A DNA stretch of 64,000 nucleotides. It comes from Eledone cirrhosa. Lineage: Eukaryota. The stretch spans positions 21,142,001-21,206,000 of the forward strand of contig OZ024750.1 of the NCBI GenBank assembly GCA_964016885.1, written 5' to 3'. Below are positions 38,524-53,920 of the stretch, one piece after another; within the stretch, counting starts at the first letter, position 1; each line of letters begins with the position of its first letter. The position numbers were made by a program, and so were the translations under genes. The notes under the pieces are model-generated. The model was not told the DNA's origin, did no database searches, and saw only the letters and a list, made by a program, of their open reading frames with translations.

Positions 38524-41494
38524 AAGCAGGATGAGGCTACATATCCATTAATTATAACGTAATGGGAATTCTGCCAGAAATATATATATATATATCTTTT
38601 TAAATATACTTTTTTGATAAATATCAGTTTAATACATAAAATCTTCTGGTGTGATTTATATAGAAATTTGCTCGAATATTTTGAACAAATATATAAATAT
38701 ACAAATATAAAATATTTCAGTCTCTGTCAGATGTTCAGCAGTAACAGTGTAGGGTTTGGCTGCTTTTCTCTCGCCGCATTTCAACTCCGATAAGATAGAA
38801 AAAGATCCAACGCATTCTATCTAGATTATTATTGTCAATATAGTAGACTATAGGGCTACGTATCACTGTAACAATTATTCTTGTACTAAATCTCGATTAG
38901 AATTAACGTTATGCGTTCCTCTCTCGGTAGAACGTAACCTCCTCCCCGCAAATTTCACGAGTTTTCCGTTCTATTAATTGGAATAGTTATCGGTGCAGGT
39001 TAAATATTAAATAATACTTCGTACTCATATAAAACGTTATTCTGAGATCTAACCTTGACTTATGTTGTCGATCAAAACCTACAGACCTCCTTGTGACATG
39101 TCGTGGTCTCTTAGTATTATGTGTATATTAATAAATAAACGATCATGAAACTTCATCATTTTTTGTGTGAATATATGTCACATATTCCTAATAACAATAG
39201 AACGTTATTAGGGAGAGATGGAGGTTGTTGATTTCAGACAATTTAGAATGTGAGAGTAAATGTCTTGCAGTATTGACTTAGGATCCTTTCTGATTAAATC
39301 CCTATTAGCCCTGCATTCAAATTCACCCTGTACCCAGAGTGGTTGCAATATGTTGCAGGTTGCTGTTGGAGATATTATGATCAGCATGGCACCTGACCCT
39401 CTCTAAAAACTGTAGAGCTTCACCCACGTTCATGAATACATCTGAAAGGCAAATGCTTCAGCAGTTGGTTCTATTTCCACTAAATAAATTATAATTATTA
39501 TTATAGAATTTCTCTCACAAATGATAAATGCAGTACATCAAAAATATAATTACTTCTGAATTTTGGGTAATAAGCACACGTGTATTGCTAAATATAATTG
39601 TCCTATTTTTAATGTTGTTTTACTACTATGTTCTGAGCAGCTAATAGGAAATTTTAATTTAGTTTCTTCTACGTTATTGATTTTTCACATCATAAATTCT
39701 TATCTGTTATCATATCTAACTCAGTTCTTTCTTTGGCATCTGTATGTCTTGTGAGGCCGTGGATCTATAACTATTAATATTACTTTGCTTCAGTCAAAGT
39801 AAAGCCTGTTGTGGTGAAACTTGGGATGTTCTCTCCGACACTAGTAGTTGTAAATTGTTCAGGCCTTCCTTATCTAAGCTAACAATTTTGTCAAAGGGAA
39901 GCGCAAGATCTGACACGACTTTATATCAGTGATACTGACATATGCCACCAAATTTATTCCATGACGTTCTAACAACATTAAACTGGAGACAAAATGCATA
40001 GTTTAGGGCTTCCTCGACCCCTTGAATTGTTTGACTTCACTCAGTCCCAGTACGTCGGGTTGGGCAAAAGGCAAAGTTAACCTTAGTGGTATATTAATGT
40101 AGAACGTAAAGAGCCGGAATAAATACAGCTAGGTAATTTTTATCTGACACAGTAACGATTCTGTCTTTGACCTCTCTAATTCCATTAATTGAATTTAAAC
40201 TGATGCTTCGCAAACTAAGCTCTTGTTTCTGTCATGGTTTCAATGAAATTTAGTGTTATATATATTTTAGACTATAGATTTACATATATAGAAATCAGCA
40301 ATATTTTCCTGAATCGTTAAAGCCTGATTAAAGAACTTTCATATTTGAATAAACCTTGTGTTAGATATTTATATAGAATACTCTAATCCAACAGTCGAAC
40401 ATTTACTGGAGTAAGTGCATTATGTGAAGAGAGATTTAATGGCCTAAATCACTTAACTTTTAATAACCCAGTCAGAATGAAACCCAGTGGCAGTTTGGTG
40501 ACAATTAATATCTGAAAACATAAAAGGATTGGTTAATATTTTAATCCTTGTGTTATAAACAGTCGATATTCTTGCCAAAAATAACAGAAAGCAAATACGA
40601 ACATGGTAAGCCAACAATGTCTAATTTGTGGCGAGGGAACAAGTCTATTACATCTACCCGAGTACATGACAGTTACTTAAGTTTACCAACCCCGGAAGGA
40701 TGAAGGGCTGTATTTAAATGCCACAAAGTCTAAGGTTCTAAATATTATGCCAATCCATAATGATTTTAAATCTAATGCAATAACAGCTTTTTAAAGCGAC
40801 ACTGTCATTTCGCTGCCTTGTTGTGTGCTGCGCTAAGATTAAATGTGACTTACCTCGTAAGATAGTATGCGATTAAGAAATATGTAAGCTTGTTCATCTG
40901 TGATAGCGTCAAGGTTTTTATAATGAAATGCATCAGAGGAAATGGTAGTCAGCAGGAGAAAATATACAGTGTGTAAACAACCTACTTATATATTTTTTTA
41001 TTTAAACCAAAATATTTATATTACAATGTATTTACATGTTGAAAAAACTAGATGGTTAGAAAGGAATGTTTCCTTTCTAAGTAGTTGGCACATTAATACA
41101 TGAATCTGGCAAATTCTTAGAGATGCAGACAGAAATAATCATACGTAAGAAACATAGATTTCGAGTGTATGTGTGTGTGGAGTGAGAGAGGAAAGGACAG
41201 AGAGGTGGAAAGTTAGTAAACGTGTGATCGATACAGTTCAGTGTTTTGGATCCCAATCGTAATAAAATGAGTTCTATATCAGGACTGGTGACGTGTCGTA
41301 TCCATGAGCAAGACACTTAAATTTCAACTTGCTCAGGTATACTGAAGTGGTGGGAAAGAGAGTTCCGTCGACACAGGTTCTAAATTGCGTCGGCCCTTGC
41401 CTTTCGTATCAAGGACTTTTGGATTACTGCCATACACCTTGTCCAGGCGTGCAGCTTAAAGATATAAACCCATTGTGTATATATATATATATAT

Positions 41495-41592
41495 ATTGTT
41501 ATACTTTGGGAGGGTCATGTTGCCAAAAGTATAACAATATCGGTTTCAACACACGATTTCAGATAAAAAATCTTGCTAAACTAATTCAGAAA

Positions 41593-41594
<2 letters not shown>
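41495..41594 (+). mobile_element. FB-D fold-back element in (TA)n
   Basis: attgttatacttt...aaagtataacaat inversion, then tail atcggtttcaacacacg...aaacg. Confidence 0.85.
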
Positions 41595-41681
<87 letters not shown>

Positions 41682-41740
41682 GCTTATTATAGGAACAGAA
41701 AACAGAGGCAGTACAAATGATATGGTTTTTAGTTTCACAC

Positions 41741-41786
<46 letters not shown>

Positions 41787-42028
41787 AGTTTGTGTATATA
41801 CATATATAAATATTTATATATATATATGTATCTATACATATGTGTGTGTGTGTGTGTGTGAGTTTGTGTATATACATATATAAATATTTATATATATATA
41901 TGTATCTATACATATGTGGGAGTGTGTATGTGTATATATGTATATATATATATGTGCGTACGTATGTATATATATATGTATGTGTACGTATGAATGTAGG
42001 TATGTGTGTCTATACATGAGAGCGTATG

Positions 42029-42078
<50 letters not shown>

Positions 42079-42649
42079 TGTGTGTGTGCGTATGTATGTA
42101 CACACATAGATATGTGTATGTATATATGTGTATATATTTGTATATATGTATGTGTGTATGTACCATTATGTATGTTTGTAGTGCGTGTGCCTGCCTGTGT
42201 GTGCGTGCGTGTATGTGTGTGTACGTGTGTAAGTGGGCGCGTGTGTGAATGTGCTTGTAGACACCCGGAATATATATTAAGGGGAAACTTCACAATAAGG
42301 GGAATCACCCCAACACTTGCATCTGTTGATCGAACCCTTTGTGACCCTTATTTCAGCCTTAAAGAATTATCTTCTAAAGAATCTCCCTTTTCTTTAAACC
42401 ATTGGACCCCACCCATCCAGTAGACCCCTGCCTTACAGGCTTTGTTAGTCTAAGTGATAAACTAGGATTGTTATTCCAAATTTGATTTTTTTACAGTATT
42501 CTTTCTGCCTTTGTTAATACCATAGCTTTTAATGAACTCCCTTTTCTTTAAATCCTTCAACTAATGACCTCCACCCGTCCCAATCCCCACCCTCTCCTGC
42601 CACCAGAAAAGAAAATATATAAATACCACTACTTACTTGGACAGCCAGC

Positions 42650-42770
42650 TCCCTGGTTATTTCTCACGAATGAAACAGTTCTAGTCCTGTAGAAGCACTT
42701 CTATATTAAAACTGTTATACTCTGCAATGTAACCTTACTTACTGTGGTTACCTCCGATTCAACCGGGAAT
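42650..42770 (+). mobile_element. FB-C element, sense copy abutting the long TA tract
   Basis: CTGGTTA-tttctcacgaat-GAAA-cagttctag-TC-ctgtagaag plus tail to aaccgggaat. Confidence 0.8.
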
Positions 42771-44150
<1,380 letters not shown>

Positions 44151-46363
44151 AGATAAAAAGTAAAATTAAAAAAGCGAAGGTGTATATTTAAAGATTGCTT
44201 TCTTTACATTAAATGGTTTTAAATTTCGTTAAACATTACCGGTTCGATTCGTATGTTTATCTTATCATTTCAGGGAAGTGAAAAGAAAGGGATAGGCAGT
44301 GAGACAGACACACGTTTCATTATCTATGTAAAGTAGCTCTTATATTTTCATATATTTTGGCAGTACAAATGCATGCTCATCATAAGGAATTCATGTGCCT
44401 CAGTGAGTGGGATGATTTGCGTTCGGATGAATGCATATTAGCATGAACACTATCGCAGTCGAATGGATTGGATCTTCTATTCGTAACCAGGAAATTATGT
44501 GGAATCTCTTTCGAAGCCAGTCGAATGTGTTGTACCAGTAATGCAACAGTGCCAGCTTTGTCACACGTTCATATTAATTCTGCTTGAGGATTCAGTTACG
44601 AATACATATTTATACATATTAACAGAATGAGAAGGTAATTCAGGTGATCATACGGATGGGCAATTCAGCAATTCAAACATACGAAGAATCTATTTTGCTA
44701 TTATTAACATATTTGTTTTATGGCCCATTACTACATTGCCACTCCATTCCTCTACGGAGGATCTATTATTGCAGTACTAACTTTTAAAAGATGCATTTTA
44801 TCATCATCATGTGTTTTATGGTACTGTTTATCCTTGTATCAGCATGGGTTTGTTGGGTACTTATCATTTTCTTATAATCAGCTTGTGTTTGATAGGTTAA
44901 CTCTTTGAATCTATAAAGAAAGAACTAGAATTGTAATCGTGTAAACAGATGGAGACTCCGTGAATTTGATGTGTGATAGTAATTTGCTATTGCACCCTTT
45001 TAACCTATCAACAAAGAATTATAATACTCATCGTCGGAACCAACGTATCAATTATGCTATTATGAACAAGTGTATTTGATCGTACGATAGTAAATTGCTT
45101 CTACTACACACTTTGAACGTATGCACGAAGGAGTGTCATAGTGTGTAAATATTAACACTGTTTACAAACGAGTGTAATTTACAGGACAAAATTTCTGGAA
45201 TAAATATTGCCAGCAGACATGGTGTCTCCGAATGATCCGAATTTCCCTGCTGGAATTGAATGATTCTGACAAGGAACTATAACAGTGATAATTTCAATTG
45301 TGAATATTTCCACTGATAAAGATAAATTGAATATCGTATTGTTCCTGATAGAAAGTGTTTACATAGTTAATGCAGACTATTGACACTTCAACACAATGCT
45401 GCTGCTATAATGTTGTCGCAGACACCAAAATATATATTTGTTGAACTCAATAAAACATGTGTGGTTTTAAAGGATAAAGAAGGGAATATATAGATGCTAA
45501 TAACCTGTTCGTGTCAATAGCATAAGGTATCAAGCGATGGTGATGCATCAGTGGAATTTCCGTGGCCAAAGTTCAAAATTCACTCAGATTATATATGATT
45601 TCAATCTATTTTTTTCAATCTATTAAAATAAAGATAATTCCAGGACTGTGGATGTGTGGAGTATCTTCGATCTGCTTTCAAATCCCGATAAAATCAAGTA
45701 TGCTATTCATCAATACGATTTCGGTAAAATAATCTAGCCGTTCAGGGATAAGGAGTAGTCGTATTGTTAGTCATCTGATGGGATAACTTGTGATGTCAAA
45801 GCAGCTTGTTTTTACTGCATTCAACACTATAATCTAGTTTTAGCAGTGTCTGATCTGGGGCAAGCATACAAGCCATGTATCCGCTCCGAGATGCCTTTTC
45901 CTTTTCTCTTTCCAGTCGAAGATACAGTAAATGAAATCACGTGTCAATGAGAAACCTTCTAAAAAGTATGGTAATGATGAAGATTTAATCTGTTACAGGG
46001 TACAGGGTGTTGGTATATTCGGACAGAGTTGAGGTTACACTGTGTGTCGAATCTATGTTTTGTGCTAGGTACGATCGTCTGGCGTGAACAACGTATTTTA
46101 GATTCTACCGAATATATAATCTCTAATATATATATATATTGACTGATTTTTATCTTCATTCTCTCGCTCTGAACACACACACACTCAATCACACACACAC
46201 ACGCACACTCACTCACACTCACACACACATACGCACACACACACACAAATATACAAATATGTACACACACATGCACATACACAAACATACACACATGCAT
46301 TACACACATACACACACATATATACATACACACATACACACACACACATGCACACACACACAT

Positions 46364-46393
<30 letters not shown>

Positions 46394-46394
<1 letters not shown>

Positions 46395-46530
46395 ATTGGT
46401 TCTGCTTTTGGTACAAGGCCAGCAATTATCCCAGTACATAACTGGTACTTTATTTTATCGACCCCGTAAGGATGAAAGGCAAAGTTAATCTCGGTGGGAT
46501 TTGAACTTAGACTGTAAAGAGACATAAGTC
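46394..46530 (-). mobile_element. SINE family A
   Basis: Reverse complement of the family A sequence. Confidence 0.85.
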
Positions 46531-46556
46531 CTATAGATGCCATTTATAAATGATTA

Positions 46557-46626
<70 letters not shown>

Positions 46627-46843
46627 GTGAAGGCGTGTGGCTGAGTGGTTAGAGAATTGGATTGGCAATTGTAAGGTTGTGAGTTCGATTCCTGGACCAG
46701 GCGATGCGTTATGTCCTTGAGCAAGACACTTTATTTCACGTTGCTCCTTCTACCTGGAGTTGCGACCGATAGACAGTATTAGCAATTGGAAAGACCAACG
46801 GAAACATTGTTCTCTCGGTCCGATTTGACGAACGTCGATCGTT
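46627..46843 (+). mobile_element. tRNA-derived SINE family B
   Basis: Highly similar to 27806-28025. Confidence 0.88.
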
Positions 46844-47154
46844 CCCCCCCCCCCCCCCAAAAAAAATATATATATATAATCATTTAAAAATGGTATCTAT
46901 AGGTGAAGTATGTGCATGTGAGAGAGAGAGAGTGAGTGTGTTTGTGAGTATACTCGCATGTGTGAAAGTTCTTTCTTTTCTGTACACTCCTCTATTCGTT
47001 TCTTCTGTTTTTCATTTTCTATTCTGACGAAGGGTTGATATACGGAAACCTGACAAGCCTTTCTTAATATATCAAGTGTTAAAAAAATATATATCGTAAT
47101 TGTGCTGTATTGATCTACCGTGTTGTACCTCATTGTTGAATCTGTGCATACATC

Positions 47155-47186
<32 letters not shown>

Positions 47187-47204
47187 ATGCGCGGGGAAAT
47201 AGAG

Positions 47205-47420
47205 ATAATCGGGCTGGATACCCGATCGCGCGGTTTAAACCACTGGGGGTGAAGGTCCCCTGCCGCTGCCAGGGCATGCTTCTAGGAGAAGGCAACTAAA
47301 GAAACTGGGATAACTTCGACATAAAACCCCCGGCGTAGTAGTTACCGATGATGTTGATATTTTCTTCTTTTCAGGTTAAAGCTACTGTCAATCAGCGACT
47401 GGGATTGGCCAAGTGCTCTG
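47205..47420 (+). mobile_element. Probable RTE LINE 5' UTR fragment
   Basis: GC-rich segment with ggagaaggcaact...taaaacc, which I recall from RTE 5' UTRs; an RTE-type 3' tail follows at 47497-47541. Confidence 0.4.
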
Positions 47421-48347
47421 TCTTCCTCACTTAAAAATTTCTTCACGAACAGGCATTGCACGATAGAATTAATTGATACTTATTAATAATGCCATATCGT
47501 GTAATCGCCATACTCGATAACGAGGGGGCAGCCATCATCATGTATGTATGTATATAGTTATATACGTGTGTGGGTGTGTGTGTGTATAAATGGCTAAGAA
47601 ATGTCGGAAATCTATAGAAAATGCAGCAATAATATGAGCATGTCCATATCACTTGGGCTGGAATAAGAATAATATATTCACCATATGGTGGCGGGATGTA
47701 TATAGTCAGTGTCCGTTAATGTATGTGTTAATAAGCGCACTTCTGAGTGCATATATGTATGGACGCATATATGTATCTAGGTATACATTGTCTTAAGCAA
47801 TAACATTGTGTTTCATCAAAAATGTAAATGAAATCATTTCCTTCGTTTAAAACATTTTCTTATTCGACGTCGTGTTATATATTTGTATCAAGTCGTTGTT
47901 TTTTGTTTCTTTCCATAAATTATTTCCATTTCAGTTATTATATATTTCTCTACCCGTTGTTTAACTGGGCCTGTAATTTACATCAGCAACAATCTTACTT
48001 TCCCTCAATTATGTCGTTATACAGAACTTTAATGAGTTTGTTACACAACTATGGTAATTACTACTAATTACTTGAATGATTAGTGCGTTCAATAGGGAAC
48101 ATATCTAGTACAGTCATTATGTCAGATTACAAAATATTTCATGATGCATTATGTTGTGGAAAAGAGTTAATTCTTTTCAGCTTTCATTTATAATTATTTT
48201 TGAAATATATTTTGATTTATATCTTCTGAAATTACTTAAAATTGTAATTTTCTCCCTAATTACAAAACTATAACATCACTTATTTCTATTCACAATTTAA
48301 AGGCGGAGACACATACAAGCCCACACGCCCATATATGCACATACACG

Positions 48348-48389
<42 letters not shown>

Positions 48390-48416
48390 TGTGTGTGTGT
48401 GTGTTTGTTTGTCTGT

Positions 48417-48466
<50 letters not shown>

Positions 48467-48532
48467 CACAAGCATATGTGTATATATGCATACAAACATA
48501 CGTACATACATGTATGTTCTCATACATAAAGA

Positions 48533-48745
48533 CGACTCTACGTCTCTGTTTCTTTTTTTCGATGCCATGTCCTGCGTCTCCAAGACAACCTGTGTCTGTC
48601 CTTATGGCATCAAATATGACAACCTTGGTCTCTCTCTTCTAGTGTGTCCGTGCAGGGGCTCCCACATGAGCAGTGAGTGCAGTGTCAACTCTGAATGTTG
48701 GTGAGCATGTCCAGTTAATCTCAGTCTCCTCTGTATCTCTATTGT
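48533..48745 (-). mobile_element. RTE LINE 3' fragment, same family as 10691-11130
   Basis: Reverse complement aligns to 10890-11085 (actggacatgctcacc..cagagttgaca..ggagacgcaggacatggca). Confidence 0.85.
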
Positions 48746-49366
48746 GTCGCTAACTGAGCCATTTGCCAAATGTCTTGAGAGGGCTTCTAACCCTTACACC
48801 CCGGAGCTATGAAGGGAAAATGTTAGCCACCACACACATATATGCCTGCATGTCCAATGCAAGTATACAAATTGAAAATTTGCTGTATGCTAAGTATATT
48901 GCACAAAGGATGGTTAAAATGAAATTAACTTTTGCATATCATCAACTTTCCCTACCACAATCAAGGATGCTTGCCCATTTTCTATATATATATTATTTTC
49001 CATAGGATTTGTGTGTTTGTTTTGTTTCCGACTCTATTATAACCGAATGTATATACCTGTCTTCAGATTAGTACTGTTTAAATTTTTCCTTCTCACAGAA
49101 AGCCTCTTCGTCTGAGGAATGACGTCTAACACATTTAGATATTAGTTTAGCCATCTGCTTATAATGGACAAAAATAAATTTCTAACAATATCGGAAAGAA
49201 TATCTCAATCGGGGTAGGTGAATATATAAATATATATTTCTGATTTACTTCTTTGTTTTCGAGTTGTGACAATAAAATATGTATTGTTCGATTGTTCGAG
49301 GGCTAAAATATCTATGTTACCATTAATAAACTTTATAGAATAAATATATATATATATATATGTCAA

Positions 49367-49428
49367 GGGCGGTGCCCCAGCATGGCCTCAGCCGGATGGC
49401 TGAAACAGGTAAAAGAGTAAAAGAGTAA
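49367..49428 (+). mobile_element. SINE 3' tail fragment in (TA)n
   Basis: ggcggtgccccagcatggcctcagccggatggctgaaacaggtaaaagag; second copy at 58113-58162. Confidence 0.65.
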
Positions 49429-49463
49429 TATATATATATATATAAATCTGGCAAGAAAGAATG

Positions 49464-49513
<50 letters not shown>

Positions 49514-50130
49514 CACCCTTCCAATGTATAACCATATATATGCGTCTTCCAAAATATAACAATATATATATACCATTTGACAATACTTTTTTTAATCTCA
49601 AGTTTTAACATACATCCTGTGAGCTTTTTAGTTGAGTGGATAAATGTTACGTGATGTTTCTATTTTCATATCTCGAATGTACGAAAATAGTTATAAAATG
49701 GCTGACATACATATGTGAATCTAACTTAAACTACTTAAAACGGAGAAAATGTACAACGAATTCATCTAATACAGAAGCGTTGTTGTTCAATCTCTTTTCA
49801 CCGTTCACTTACTCCCTCATCCACAGTTTAACAGATTTCTACACGCTCTCACTCTCCTCACTTTTCCCTCATCTGCATACTAGCAAACACTCCCTATTAA
49901 ATGTTTCATTCCTTCTTTTCGTCTTATGACCTCTTCCTCCATTTCTCTCTCGATATATAAGCAAGTTGTGTTATGATATCAAACAATGGCAATGAGAATT
50001 GTTGAAACACCAGGGCATCTAATTTACACACAGATATATACGAATGTATACAAGTATGGACAGATGGATGGATATATATATATGTTCTTTTATATTTGCG
50101 TATAATGTAGGTGTATATGTGAATGTGCGA

Positions 50131-50546
50131 AATTATGAGAAAATAAGTTATATTATGACATTCTCCTCAAATCTCGATTATGTCCAAATTGTTAAAAGTA
50201 TAGACAGTGGCTTTGATTACTCATACGGTAATAGATAGTTTAATCACCTGATGGTTGGCGAGGTTTAGAGAAATCTTCGAAACATGAATGGTTCTAGATA
50301 TATGTAATCACTGGAAAGAAGCCCTGCATGCATTTTGTATTCTGGAATAAAGCATATTTCCCAGTAGATATCATAGTGATTTCATGTTAAGGATACAAGG
50401 CTAGGACATTGATTGGAGCATCTATGGTTTAAGAAGAGTAGAGTGCTTATATGACACTACTTGTCGTGTGTTTTGTTTCACCTGTTTAACGAACTCATTC
50501 CTAAAATGCTATTTAATTTACTGCAATATGTATGTTCAATGTTGCA
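50131..50546 (+). repeat. About 415-bp direct duplication, copy 1
   Basis: Colinear with 52956-53373. Confidence 0.9.
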
Positions 50547-51636
50547 TATTGTAGTACCGTACTTCGGGATCAAAACTATACATCTTGACCTAGGAGTTCT
50601 GTGCCTTTCGTTTGTTTTTTTCTATATTTACCTTGTTTTCTTTTTATTTTTATAACGGTTTTGCCTTTAAAAACGTTTTATTTATTTGCTTTCGTTCTCC
50701 CTTGATTTTGTTCATTGTCTTCACTAGAGTTTAGCCTTCATTGATGGCACTTACCTACTACATACTGAAACGAAAATAGGCCTAAGCCTATATGATTTTT
50801 ACACGGATATTATGGATGTTCTTATTTGCATATAGTGCGAAATTGGCTATCTAGGATAGGGTGGTATGTTAATATATATGCAAATCAGAAGTTCTAGCCA
50901 GTGTTTCATACGCAAAAACTATGTGTGGTTTAATTAATTATCGTCTCAGACGCGAGTGAGTAAATATCACCGGTGAAGGATTAAAATCCAGAAATAACTG
51001 TCATTATTTGTTGCTAGTGGTATAGCTGGGATACGATCTCATCATTAAATATTTATCACGAAACTCTCACACGTCTGTTTTGATTAAACTTATCAAATAT
51101 GGTTTCGAACACTCACCTTATATTAACGATTTGCTCAATAGAGTAAGAGGAAAGTGTCAACAACAACAAAAGAAAGAGGGGGTTGTGTATACTTTACAAT
51201 CTCCATAAGTTTTAGTATTGCCCATCATCTGTCTGAGTAACATAAGTGTTGAAAGTTAGAAAACATTGATGCATACAACACACAGACGTTGTATTTACAT
51301 GAAAATCTTACCGAAGCGAATATTGTCAATAATGTAAGCAATTTTATGTGCGACACATATCTGAACTGAGCAGTATATTCAAATTATTCACATTTCCAAA
51401 GTACTTAACATAGTTCTACCCCCTTCTGCGTCATATGTTTTTCTACAGCATTTGAAAACCAGACTACTTATTTACAGTTCTGTTGAAAATTTTATCTCAG
51501 CTACTTCAATTTCTTAATATTCTTCGATACTACTATGCATTGGCTAGTTGGAAAGAGGGTCGCACATACTATTGATTTAATGGCGTTTGCAACAAATTAT
51601 AAATCACACTACTGAACCTTTTAACTAATTCACCAG

Positions 51637-51684
51637 TGGATTTTGTCAGATTATGCAGACATATATTCTGGTTGTAATGGAGAA
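51637..51684 (+). other. Candidate 48-nt frame-preserving exon (WILSDYADIYSGCNGE)
   Basis: caccAG acceptor with a weak pyrimidine tract, GAA|GTAAGT donor, open frame. Confidence 0.3.
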
Positions 51685-51887
51685 GTAAGTGATATATCTG
51701 TATCTAGAGAATATCGGAATGGGTTGCCGAATGACCCTACCATAAAAATATATAAATCATGAACATGGTTATATAAACCGCCATGACAACATATTCTTAA
51801 CTTAAGAATTATTGCTATACTATATAAGTATTATATATATATATATATATATATATGTAGATAAAATTACCAAGAGTTTACGGTAGT

Positions 51888-51950
<63 letters not shown>

Positions 51951-52073
51951 TATGTATGTATGTTTATTGAGATATGCATGTATTATGTACACATAAACAC
52001 AGGAACATGTATGTAGTTTGTGTGATGCATTAGACTATTTTGTTCTCTACTAAGGCACATACACACATGCACC

Positions 52074-52128
<55 letters not shown>

Positions 52129-52397
52129 TGGATGTTTAATATATGAAGGGTTGTGGAAACACTAGTTGCAATGTTATAAAATAATGAACTCAATGCAAAT
52201 TATAAGGTAAACACACATTTGTACATACAAGCTTATATATAGAGAGAGGGAGAGAGAGAGAAAGGGAGAAAGAGAGGGTGGTATATTCCTTTTACGGGCA
52301 CACACTTGTATATCTACTTGTATATTAGTAAATGTATATTCGCGTTCACACATATATATGACTATATAAGTATTTACACACGCTCTTGTATGTATAC

Positions 52398-52537
52398 ATA
52401 CATGCATGCATGCATGCATGCATGCATGCATGCATGCATGCATACATACATACATACATACATACATACGTACATACATACATACATACATACATACATA
52501 CATACATACATACATACATACATACATACATACATAC
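52398..52537. repeat. (CATG)n then (CATA)n tetranucleotide microsatellite
   Basis: Direct reading. Confidence 0.95.
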
Positions 52538-52955
52538 GGAGGAGGAGGAAGATACATACACAGTCATGGTTTTAGGAATGTTAGTTTATACATGAAATAT
52601 ATAGTCTTGCAACTCGTGATGGAACTAGATTTGATTATACAATTTATGTAGAAGAAATGTATGCTGAGAGGTCGATGAAAATATTTTATATGAAAAATGA
52701 CGATTCAAAGTTAATATTCAAAGCTCATTTTTTTCCTTTTTTCTTTTTTTTTTTTTGAAATGCCAAAGATGAAACATCTTTGTATAATTAATACAGATGG
52801 TGTCCTATTTAACTATTTTGGTATTAAACCACTGAATCGCCTGTGAATCCACGATACAATGTTGTGCATGACAAAGTGTTTTATTTATTTAAAATACCTT
52901 CCATCATGATTTTACGTTAAGAACATAGTTATATCCTTTTTCAAATACCATCGTA

Positions 52956-53373
52956 ATTATGAGGAAATAAGTTATATTATGATATTCTCCCCCAAATCTC
53001 GGTTATGTTCCGAATTGTTGGAAGTATAGACAGTTGATTTCATTACTCATACGGTAATAGATAGTTTAATCACCTGATGGTTGACGAGGTTTAGAGAAAT
53101 CTTCGAAACATGAATGGTTCTAGATATATGCAATCACTGGAAAGAAGCCCTGCATGCATTTTGTAATCTGGAATAAAGCATATTTCCCAGTAGATATCAT
53201 AGTGATTTCATTTTAATGATACATGGCTAGGACATTGATTGGAACATCTATGGTTTAAGAAAAAGTAGAGCGCTCATATAACAATACTTGTTGTGTGTTT
53301 TGTTTCACCTGTTTAACGAACTCATTCTTATAATGCTATTTAATTTACTGTAATATGTCTGTTCAATATTGCA
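52956..53373 (+). repeat. About 415-bp direct duplication, copy 2
   Basis: Colinear with 50131-50546. Confidence 0.9.
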
Positions 53374-53465
53374 GTGAGGATTTTGATATTACACGATGAA
53401 GAACAACACCGTGTATGTACTGTCAGATGTATTATTCTTCAATAAATGAAAACTGCTTAACGTAT

Positions 53466-53920
53466 TTGTTTCTTCTTTTGGCACAAGGCCAGCAATTATC
53501 CCAGTGTACTACTGGTACTTTATTGTATCGACCCGTAATGAGGAAAGTGAAAGTTATCCTCGACGGGATTTGAACTCACACCGTAAAGGGACGTAACTAT
53601 GCTAGAAAGCATGGCGTCCAACCGTCTACCGAAACTGCCAATTCACCGCCCTAACTACTTAATATAATTGTTTCTACATTTATAATTGTTTCTACTTTTG
53701 GCACAAGGCCTGCAATTATCCCAGTACATTACTGGTACTTTATTTTAGCGACTCCGTAAGGATGAAAGGCAAAGTTATCCTCGACGGGATTTGAATTCAG
53801 ACCGTAAAGGGACGTAACTATGCTAGAAAGCATGGCGTCCAACCGTCTACCGATACTGCCAAATCGCTGCCATAACTGCTTAACATAATTGTTTCTACTT
53901 TTGGCACAAGGCCAGCAATT
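53466..53920 (-). mobile_element. Tandem array of SINE family A (two full copies plus a 3' stub)
   Basis: Units at 53466-53651, 53685-53871 and 53887-53920 with a shared spacer ctaactacttaatataattg / ataactgcttaacataattg. Confidence 0.88.

Noticed and set aside
47235-47285. HDV-like ribozyme in the putative RTE 5' UTR
   Set aside because: Only a partial P1/P3-like pairing could be drawn, with no convincing P2, P4 or catalytic C strand; it needs a descriptor search.
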